Assembly: GCA_905235635.1 (NCBI GenBank)
Contig: CAJOMC010000003.1
Coordinates: 15,018 to 79,017 of the forward strand
Reading direction: 5' to 3'
DNA: 64,000 nt
DNA from: an uncultured Bacilli bacterium
GTDB lineage: Bacteria; Bacillota_I; Bacilli_A; Izemoplasmatales; UBA1188
Below are positions 28,818 through 36,547 of the stretch, piece by piece. The position numbers and the translations under genes are program-made. The notes beneath the pieces were generated by a model, which was not told the DNA's origin, did no database searches, and saw nothing but the letters and a program-made list of their open reading frames with translations. Every line of letters starts with the position of its first letter. Within the stretch, counting starts at the first letter, position 1.

Positions 28818-29405
28818 ATGAAAGTGAAAAAGATAATTTTAGCCACTAAAAACCTAAATAAAGTTAAAGAATTTAAAGAAATATTTAGTGAGTATGATTA
28901 TGAAGTATTATCTTTACTAGATTTATCATACCCCTTTCTAATTGATGAAAATGGTGATTCTTTTTCTTCTAATTCATATATAAAAGCTAAAGCAATTTAT
29001 GATTACTATAAACTACCTGTGATTGCGGATGATTCTGGATTATCGGTTGATGCACTTGATGGGCTTCCTGGTATTTATTCACATAGGTTTAGTGGAAGAA
29101 GCGCAAGTGATATAGATAATACACACAAAGTTATAAGTATGCTTAAAGATATGGGATTAACTGAATCAAATGCACATTTTACTTGCGCAATAACTTATAT
29201 GGATAGTGAAAAAACTATAACTAAAGAAGGATATATTTATGGGAAAGTAATTCTTGCCCCAAAAGGTTCAAATGGTTTTGGGTATGATCCTATATTTTAT
29301 TTAGATGAATATAAGAAAACACTTGCTGAACTCCCTGAATCTATTAAGAATAAAATATCACATAGATATAACGCACTCCTTAAACTAAAAGAGGTGCTTA
29401 AGTGA
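28818..29405 (+). CDS. rdgB: dITP/XTP pyrophosphatase (Ham1/RdgB)
   Basis: ATKNLNKVKEF, DDSGL.VDAL.G.PG.YS and FGYDPIF motifs; 195 aa. Confidence 0.9.
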   Translation: MKVKKIILATKNLNKVKEFKEIFSEYDYEVLSLLDLSYPFLIDENGDSFSSNSYIKAKAIYDYYKLPVIADDSGLSVDALDGLPGIYSHRFSGRSASDIDNTHKVISMLKDMGLTESNAHFTCAITYMDSEKTITKEGYIYGKVILAPKGSNGFGYDPIFYLDEYKKTLAELPESIKNKISHRYNALLKLKEVLK

Positions 29406-29905
29406 GATCACTTATTTTTAGTGATAGCCACTATAATCTTGAATATCTGGATAAGATGATTAAGGAATATAAGCCAGATAAAATTTATGGACTAGGTGAT
29501 TATGGTGCCTCAGAAATAGAACTTGATTTAAGAAGAGTAATAGGAGTTAGAGGAAATGATCCGTTTGACCCACAATCATATGGATATGATTATCTAGACG
29601 AAATAGATGGATTCAGGATACTTTTTACTCATGGTCATAAATATTCAGTTAAATATGGTAGATACCGTTTAGGACTTCGATCAAGAGAGTTAAATGTTGA
29701 TGTATGTTTTTATGGCCATACGCATGTAGTATCAATAGAAGAGGATAAAGGTATATATTTTATCAATCCTGGAAGCATATCTCTTCCATCATTCCCGAAC
29801 TTTCCTACTCTTATAATAATGGATTCAAAACCTAATTTACTGGATATTAAAATAATAGATGCAGAACTAAATAAGGTATATAAAAATATAATTATCAAGA
29901 AATGA
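29402..29905 (+). CDS. YfcE/MJ0936-family metallophosphoesterase
   Basis: SDSH.., GDYG, FTHGH and GHTH motifs; 167 aa; ATGA/GTGA-type overlaps on both sides. The rdgB-yfcE pairing is as in Bacillus ysnA-ysnB. Confidence 0.8.
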   Translation: MRSLIFSDSHYNLEYLDKMIKEYKPDKIYGLGDYGASEIELDLRRVIGVRGNDPFDPQSYGYDYLDEIDGFRILFTHGHKYSVKYGRYRLGLRSRELNVDVCFYGHTHVVSIEEDKGIYFINPGSISLPSFPNFPTLIIMDSKPNLLDIKIIDAELNKVYKNIIIKK

Positions 29906-32607
29906 CAAACGAAGAAGCATTAAACGAGAAATTCAATAAAATAGTTACTGATATTGAAACATCCACTAGGGATGGTGATTTTCCATTTGTCTTAACATTA
30001 ATTGATGATATAGAAGATTTTGATAGTTTTACCGCAGATAAGAAAAACCAAATATTAAATTATAAAGTTAAGGCGGCTCTTAAGATAGAAGATTATAATT
30101 TACTACTTAATGCCTTAAATGATAAAAAGAAATTACTGAAAGTAGGAACTATTGACCCTAATATCCTATTTTATGAGGCAATAGCGTATGAAGCGCTTGA
30201 TGAAGTTAATCTTGCGATAGAATACTTAAATAATATTATCGATAATATTCCAAGACACTCATTAATTAATAAATACCTAAAACTCGCTCTATTATATGCG
30301 AAAATAGGCGATGTAAAAAAGGCAAGCGAATCATATAATTATGCGTCACAGGTTGATTTTAATCATACTAACGAGATGTTTAGTTTGGTTGAATCTGACC
30401 TTTACTATTTATCTAATAAATATGAAGAAAGTCTTATATCTTTTGAGGATTTCTTCCGCAAGAGTTCAAATAAATATAAATATATTGATAGATATATTTT
30501 GATTGAAATTAAGCTTAATCATCTAGAAGAAGCTTATACTTTCTATACTGCCTATAAGAATAAACAAGGTATTATTCTTTCAAGTCAGAATAAATATAGG
30601 TTCTATAAGGCATCTCTTGAATTACTAAAGCTATTAAATAAGGAAGATGAAGCTCGTGAAGTTATAAAAGAACTAGAAAATATTAAGCCTCACTACGCGC
30701 TAAAAGAAGAGAAAGAGAACTTGAAGATCATCTCGATGATAGAAAAAATGTCTTTAATGCCTATAAGTAAGAATGATTCACCTAAGAATCTAGTTTTAAA
30801 GTATTATAAAGCATTAAAGGAGCTCTGTATTAAACATCTTTTTTACGTATCAGAAACACCTACAGGTTATTCGATATATGAGGCACTTGATACTAGAATG
30901 AGAGAAAAAGGATTATCTTTTGATGAGATTAAAGAAAAGAATCTAGAAGAATATATCCTTAATGACTTTAGCTTAAAAGATCACTATATTAATTATTATT
31001 TAGAAAGAATAGAAGAAGATTTTATTTCTCTTAATCTATATGATGAATACCATAACTTTGGAAAAATAGTATTATCCTATGATCAAGATAAAGAATATAT
31101 TTATGAAGCACTAAAAAATTCCTTATTTAGTTTATTTTTAAGACTTGATAGCATCAAGAAAGATACATTTAAATATGAATCTTTACTAGATATGATGTCT
31201 TTAATGAATTATGGAATTCTACTTTTTAGTGACAATATGATTCATCTTTTAAATGATAAGGCAAAAGATATATTAGAGAATAAAACATCCCTTATTAATT
31301 TTGAATACTTCTTAACCTTGTCTAAGGAAGATATCTTTGTGGATACTTTAAAAAAGAAAAAATCGATAATCAAATTTGAGATTAATTCTAAAGAAAAACA
31401 AATTGAGTTTATACCATATGAGAATAATGGAACCCTATTTACACTAATTAGGGATGTGTCAAATACTATTAATATTGAAAAAGAAAAAGACGATTTTCTG
31501 AAACGTTCTGGAACTAAGTTTTATAACGCAGAAACATTAAAAGAATATGTCGCAAAAAGAAATGAATCATATGCCTTAATTGGGCTTACCATTAATATGG
31601 TTTCCGCGTATGATTCTTTAAGCATAAGAAGTGAAAAGCTGGACCAACTTTATAAATTCCTAATTCAAGAGTCACCTTCATCATCACTCTTTTACTTAGG
31701 TGAAAATCACTATATCATCCTTATGAATAATACTGATAAAAGAGTAATAGAATCACTATATAAATCTATCGCAAGAAACATTAAACAATTATATAAAACA
31801 TCAACTACTTTAAGAGATGAAAATATTAGTGCTTTTGCGACCAAAGCACTAAAGAATAAAACCTGGAGTGACGTAGAGGAAATCCTTGAATATGGTTTTT
31901 TCCTTTCTAATAAGAGAGATGATTTTATCTTCATAGATAGTGAAGAAAAGAAAAAATATGCTTTATATAAGACATATGAAATAGAACTTATTAGATTATT
32001 AAAAGAGGAATCATTAAAGATAGAATATATACCTATTATTGATAAAGATAATGTAATTCATTACTTTATTCCTAAGTTTATCTTACCATTTAATATGGAC
32101 CAAAGAACATTTGAATCAATAATTAATATTAACCATCTCGAATCTAAAGCTGATCAAGTAATGTGTAATGTAGTATTTAATGATCTTAAGGAGTTTAATA
32201 AAGATATAAGAGTTATTATTAATATTCATAAAGAAACTATCTTCAATGATAATTTTGTAAAGAAATGTTCAGTACTATTCAAAAAATCTAATTTGGATAA
32301 TAAGGTAGTATTCAATATAGACAATTTATCTCAAGACAATTATGTCAAAAATGTTAAATCACTTCAAAATAGTGGTATTAAATTTGCAGGATTATTCTCA
32401 ACATTTAGTGACCTCGATACACTTGATAGGTATAGTATTTTATTTATGAATTTTGATGCGGCAAATAACCTTAATTTATCTATCGCAAAATCTATAAAAG
32501 AGAATAAGGATATAGAAATAGTATTATTTGATACTAAAACCGACTTTAGCTTAACCCTTAATTCAAAGGTTAAGTCATACACAAAAGAGGAAATGCTTAA
32601 GTTATAA
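29902..32607 (+). CDS. TPR-like / PAS-like sensor protein with degenerate GGDEF and degenerate EAL domains
   Basis: aa 60-260 hold TPR-like helical repeats. aa 529-690 are collinear with the GGDEF fold (DFLKRSGTKFYN.., YALIGLTINMVSAY, LFYLGENHYIILM), but GG(D/E)EF reads GENHY. aa 693-901 are collinear with EAL (ELIRLL..KIEYIPIID, VVFNIDN, GIKFAGLFSTFSDL..FMNFD), but the EAL and DDFG motifs are lost. Confidence 0.65.
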   Translation: MTNEEALNEKFNKIVTDIETSTRDGDFPFVLTLIDDIEDFDSFTADKKNQILNYKVKAALKIEDYNLLLNALNDKKKLLKVGTIDPNILFYEAIAYEALDEVNLAIEYLNNIIDNIPRHSLINKYLKLALLYAKIGDVKKASESYNYASQVDFNHTNEMFSLVESDLYYLSNKYEESLISFEDFFRKSSNKYKYIDRYILIEIKLNHLEEAYTFYTAYKNKQGIILSSQNKYRFYKASLELLKLLNKEDEAREVIKELENIKPHYALKEEKENLKIISMIEKMSLMPISKNDSPKNLVLKYYKALKELCIKHLFYVSETPTGYSIYEALDTRMREKGLSFDEIKEKNLEEYILNDFSLKDHYINYYLERIEEDFISLNLYDEYHNFGKIVLSYDQDKEYIYEALKNSLFSLFLRLDSIKKDTFKYESLLDMMSLMNYGILLFSDNMIHLLNDKAKDILENKTSLINFEYFLTLSKEDIFVDTLKKKKSIIKFEINSKEKQIEFIPYENNGTLFTLIRDVSNTINIEKEKDDFLKRSGTKFYNAETLKEYVAKRNESYALIGLTINMVSAYDSLSIRSEKLDQLYKFLIQESPSSSLFYLGENHYIILMNNTDKRVIESLYKSIARNIKQLYKTSTTLRDENISAFATKALKNKTWSDVEEILEYGFFLSNKRDDFIFIDSEEKKKYALYKTYEIELIRLLKEESLKIEYIPIIDKDNVIHYFIPKFILPFNMDQRTFESIININHLESKADQVMCNVVFNDLKEFNKDIRVIINIHKETIFNDNFVKKCSVLFKKSNLDNKVVFNIDNLSQDNYVKNVKSLQNSGIKFAGLFSTFSDLDTLDRYSILFMNFDAANNLNLSIAKSIKENKDIEIVLFDTKTDFSLTLNSKVKSYTKEEMLKL

Positions 32608-33908
32608 TGGAAAAAATAGTTAATGTAGTAGGCGCAGGACTTGCGGGAGCTGAGGCGTCTTATCAACTCACAAAAAGAGGGATAAGAGTAAGGCTATATG
32701 AAATGAAGAGAATAAAAAGAAATGAGGCACAAAAAAGTGACTATTTTTCTGAACTAGTTTGCTCGAACTCGCTTAGGTCGTCGAATATTAATAATGCCGT
32801 AGGTCTTTTAAAAGAAGAACTTAGAATGATGGATTCGCTTATTATAAGGATTGCGGATGAAACAAGAGTACCCGCAGGGGATTCGCTTGCGGTAGATAGA
32901 GAACTATTTGCTAAAAGAATCACAGAAGAGATAGAGAATAATCCATTAATTGAAGTAATAAATGAGGAAGTTAAAACAATTCCAAAAGGCCCTACAATTA
33001 TCGCATCTGGACCGCTCACATCGCTCCCCTTATCTAAGTCAATTCAAGAATTCTTTGGTGAAGAATACCTATATTTCTTCGATGCGATAGCACCTATTAT
33101 AGAAAAAGAATCAATTAATTTCGATAAAGCATACTACAAATCTAGATGGGATAAAGGAACTAAAGATTACATTAATTGTCCTTTTACAAAAGAAGAATAT
33201 ATAGAATGGTATAATGAATTAATTAAACTTGAATCTGTCGAGTCACATGATTTTGAAATCAAGGTATTTGAAGGATGTATGCCATTTGAGGAAATGGCTA
33301 AACGTGGCGTTGATACACTTCGTTTTGGTCCAATGAAACCAGTAGGTTTATATCTTCAAAACTTTAAACCCTATGCAGTTGTGCAACTAAGAAAAGATGA
33401 CCTAAAAGATTCTTTATACAATATCGTAGGTTTCCAAACCAAACTAAAATATTCATCACAAGATAAAATAATCCATATGATTCCAGGCCTTGAAAACGCA
33501 AGAATTATAAGATATGGGCAAATGCATAGAAATACCTTTATCAATGCACCTGGTTTAATTAATTCGTCTTATCAGACTCTTAAAAGACCTGACCTCTTCT
33601 TTGCGGGTCAGTTATCTGGCGTTGAAGGATATGTAGAATCAACCGCATCTGGTCTTGTCGCAGGTATAAACATGGCAAGATACCTTAATGGATTATCTCT
33701 CCTATCTTTTCCAAATGATACCGCAATTGGTTCAAGCGCATATTATTTGGAAAATGCTTCAAAGAAAGACTTTCAACCTATGAATGTAAATTATGGTATA
33801 TTTAAGGACTTAGATCTATCTATTAAAGATAAAGCTATAAGAAAAGAAGCCTATAGTAAAAGAGCCCTTGAGTCATTAAAGAGGTTTAAAGATGAATACA
33901 ACGAATAG
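32607..33908 (+). CDS. trmFO: methylenetetrahydrofolate--tRNA-(uracil54-C5)-methyltransferase
   Basis: VVGAGLAGAEASYQL FAD motif; CSNSLR catalytic Cys region; 433 aa; followed by xerC/codV as in Bacillus. Confidence 0.92.
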   Translation: MEKIVNVVGAGLAGAEASYQLTKRGIRVRLYEMKRIKRNEAQKSDYFSELVCSNSLRSSNINNAVGLLKEELRMMDSLIIRIADETRVPAGDSLAVDRELFAKRITEEIENNPLIEVINEEVKTIPKGPTIIASGPLTSLPLSKSIQEFFGEEYLYFFDAIAPIIEKESINFDKAYYKSRWDKGTKDYINCPFTKEEYIEWYNELIKLESVESHDFEIKVFEGCMPFEEMAKRGVDTLRFGPMKPVGLYLQNFKPYAVVQLRKDDLKDSLYNIVGFQTKLKYSSQDKIIHMIPGLENARIIRYGQMHRNTFINAPGLINSSYQTLKRPDLFFAGQLSGVEGYVESTASGLVAGINMARYLNGLSLLSFPNDTAIGSSAYYLENASKKDFQPMNVNYGIFKDLDLSIKDKAIRKEAYSKRALESLKRFKDEYNE

Positions 33909-34812
33909 TCTATATGTAAATGAGTTTCTTTTATATCTAAAAAATGAAAGAAGATATTCGTCTTATACAATTACCGCATACTCTAATGATATTAGTAACT
34001 TCATTAATTTTATTGAAACTGAAGAATTTGGCGATGTAACTGAAATATCGCCAAAGGTAGCGGAATTCTACGTAAGTAAATTAAGAGATGAATATACACC
34101 TAGAACTATACAACGTAAAATATCTAGTGTTAAGTCATTTTATAAATACTTTGCGAACTCAGTTAAAAAGATAGATTCTAATCCTTTTATTTCAGTATCA
34201 CTTCCTAAGGTAGAAAAATCTCTTCCTAAGTTTGTATATGAAGATGAAGTAGAGGAATTTTTAGATAATATTAACACCAGTACTGATTTAGGCAAAAGAG
34301 ATAAATTAATCTTTGAATTATTATATGGATCTGGCATTAGAGTATCTGAACTATGCCAGATAAAACTAAAAGATGTATCCCTAGATGAAAGAAGAATTAT
34401 GATACACGGTAAAGGTTCAAAAGATAGAATAGTTCCTATATCAAAAGGTGCTTTAGATTCATATATGGATTATTTTATCATCGCAAGGCCCATCTTTCTT
34501 TCAAGATCAAAAAACCTTGAAAATGATACACTTTTACTAAATTTTCACGGTGGTTCTTTAACCACTAGAGGTGTAAGAGATATTTTAAATAGAGTGTTAA
34601 GAGAAACTGAAACATTTATGAGAGTTACACCTCATGCATTCCGTCACTCATTCGCAACACATCTATTAAATAATGGAATGGATGTGAGGTTTGTCCAGGA
34701 ACTACTTGGGCACGAAAACCTATCAACCACCCAAATTTATACTAAATTATCAAAAGAAAAACTTAAGGAAGAATATAATAAAGCCTTTAATGATGGTGGA
34801 AAAAATGATTAA
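33892..34812 (+). CDS. xerC: tyrosine recombinase XerC/CodV-type
   Basis: RTIQRKISSVKSFY core-binding region; HAFRHSFATHLL..LLGHENLSTTQIYT catalytic R-H-R-Y box; 306 aa. Confidence 0.88.
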   Translation: MNTTNSLYVNEFLLYLKNERRYSSYTITAYSNDISNFINFIETEEFGDVTEISPKVAEFYVSKLRDEYTPRTIQRKISSVKSFYKYFANSVKKIDSNPFISVSLPKVEKSLPKFVYEDEVEEFLDNINTSTDLGKRDKLIFELLYGSGIRVSELCQIKLKDVSLDERRIMIHGKGSKDRIVPISKGALDSYMDYFIIARPIFLSRSKNLENDTLLLNFHGGSLTTRGVRDILNRVLRETETFMRVTPHAFRHSFATHLLNNGMDVRFVQELLGHENLSTTQIYTKLSKEKLKEEYNKAFNDGGKND

Positions 34813-35272
34813 GATAATTTGTATTGGCAAATTAAAAGAGAAATATCTTGTGGATGGGATAAATGAATACCTAAAAAGATTATCGAGATTCATAAAAGTT
34901 GAAATAATTGAACTAAAAGAGTATCCATCATTTGACGAATCTCAATCTAGTATAGATAAAACTAAAGTTGAAGAAGGAAAGGAAATTTTATCTAAAATAT
35001 CAAATGAATATGTGATAGCCTTAGATCCAAATGGATTAATGCTTGATAGTATAGAGTTTTCAAAAAAGTTAGAATCAATTTATATTAATTCAAGTGATAT
35101 CACCTTTATAATAGGTGGTTCTTATGGATTATCAAGCTCAGTAAAAGATAGAGCGAATTACCTAATGTCTTTTTCTAAGTTGACCTTCCCACACCAACTC
35201 TTTCGTCTCATTCTCTTAGAACAGATTTTTCGTGCCTATAAGATAATGAGAAATGAGACATATAATAAGTAG
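34805..35272 (+). CDS. rlmH: 23S rRNA (pseudouridine1915-N3)-methyltransferase
   Basis: MIKIICIGKLKEKY...IGGSYGLS...LSFSKLTFPHQL SPOUT motifs. A true length of 155 aa fits RlmH; the track ORF (34691) is a spurious 5' extension inside xerC. Confidence 0.9.
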   Translation: MIKIICIGKLKEKYLVDGINEYLKRLSRFIKVEIIELKEYPSFDESQSSIDKTKVEEGKEILSKISNEYVIALDPNGLMLDSIEFSKKLESIYINSSDITFIIGGSYGLSSSVKDRANYLMSFSKLTFPHQLFRLILLEQIFRAYKIMRNETYNK

Positions 35273-35349
35273 GTATTATACATATTATTTTTAAAAATAA
35301 TAAAATCATAATATAATTAAATTATCAAACTAAAGTAGGAGATTAAAAA

Positions 35350-35658
35350 ATGGTAAAAGATTTAAAACTAAATGAACTAGATAAAGCAGTACAAGAAAAC
35401 AGTCTAGTATTTATTGATTTCTTCGCTAACTGGTGTGGACCTTGTAGGGCTATGATGCCTGTAGTTGAAGAATTATCTGAAGAACTTGATGGTAAAGTTG
35501 CATTCTTTAAAGTTAATGTAGATGATAATCAAGACTTCGCAGAAAAATTCCAAGTTATGTCTATCCCTTGTTTCTTTGTGATTAAAAATGGCAAGGTTGA
35601 TTCAAAAACTGTAGGTACTACAACTAAAGAAGCTCTAAAGGCAAAACTCGGTCTATGA
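35350..35658 (+). CDS. trxA: thioredoxin
   Basis: FFANWCGPCRAM active site; 102 aa; AGGAG SD. Confidence 0.93.
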   Translation: MVKDLKLNELDKAVQENSLVFIDFFANWCGPCRAMMPVVEELSEELDGKVAFFKVNVDDNQDFAEKFQVMSIPCFFVIKNGKVDSKTVGTTTKEALKAKLGL

Positions 35659-36467
35659 TTTATGATGCGATAATAATTGGCGCAGGACCTGCGGGCGCAA
35701 CTGCGGCTATTTATCTTAAAAGAACGGGGTTAAATGTATTAGTCTTTTATAAAGATAAAGGATCTCTTGAATTTGCTAAACTAAAGAACTTCTATGGATA
35801 TACTGGTATATCAGGCGATAATCTATTTGATACAGGTATCTCTCAATTAAAAGAGCTAGGTGTTGATGTAGTATGTGATGAAGTATTATCGTGTGAATCA
35901 GATTATATGTCTAAAATATCTGTATCAACTAAAGACAATACTTACGAGGGAAAAACTCTTCTCATTGCGAGTGGAATATCACGAGCTAAAATTAATAAAG
36001 AAATTCAGAAATATCTTGGAAGTGGTGTCTCAACCTGTGCATTCTGTGATGGTCCTTTTTATAGAGGAAAAACTATTTATGTTACTGGAGAAGAACCTTA
36101 TCTATCTCACTTAACGAGCGAACTATCTTATTTCTCTAAAGATATAATAGATGTCCCATATGAAGAGATTAAACAGTTGACTGGCGATATGAACCTAGAT
36201 GGTATTATTCTAAAAGATGGTACTAAGATTCTTGCGAATAACTTATTTCTCGCAGTTCCATTCGGCTCAAAAGCTTTATCTAATACACTCGGTGTTATGC
36301 TTGATCAAGACAACAACATTTTGATAGATAAAGATGGTAAAACTAATGTCTCTATGGTATATGCCGCAGGAGATGTTACTCCAGGTGTTAAACAAGTTGT
36401 TAAGGCATCGAGTGATGGAATGCGCGCAGCTTTATCTATAATCGATTACTTAAAAAAGAATAAGTGA
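35655..36467 (+). CDS. thioredoxin-reductase-like flavoprotein lacking recognisable NADPH-binding motifs
   Basis: GAGPAG FAD motif, CAFC redox pair (aa 128-131) and a C-terminal AAGDV motif are present. The GGGxSA position reads TGEEPY and no HRRxxxR motif is seen. Only 270 aa. ATGA overlap with trxA. Confidence 0.7.
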   Translation: MIYDAIIIGAGPAGATAAIYLKRTGLNVLVFYKDKGSLEFAKLKNFYGYTGISGDNLFDTGISQLKELGVDVVCDEVLSCESDYMSKISVSTKDNTYEGKTLLIASGISRAKINKEIQKYLGSGVSTCAFCDGPFYRGKTIYVTGEEPYLSHLTSELSYFSKDIIDVPYEEIKQLTGDMNLDGIILKDGTKILANNLFLAVPFGSKALSNTLGVMLDQDNNILIDKDGKTNVSMVYAAGDVTPGVKQVVKASSDGMRAALSIIDYLKKNK

Positions 36468-36470
36468 TAC

Positions 36471-36510
36471 ATAAAATATGAAACTCTTTAAAGTGTTTCA
36501 TATTTTATTA
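36471..36510 (+). terminator. hairpin terminator after the TrxR-like gene
   Basis: ATAAAATATGAAAC / GTTTCATATTTTAT perfect 14-bp stem with a 10-nt loop. Confidence 0.7.
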
Positions 36511-36547
36511 TCTAAATATAATCACAAAAATATAATATAATAATAAT

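Noticed and set aside
34691-34804. 5' extension of the rlmH ORF given in the track (193 aa).
   Set aside because: The extension is an out-of-frame read-through of the xerC 3' end. RlmH homologues are about 155 aa and begin MIKI.., which matches the ATG at 34805.
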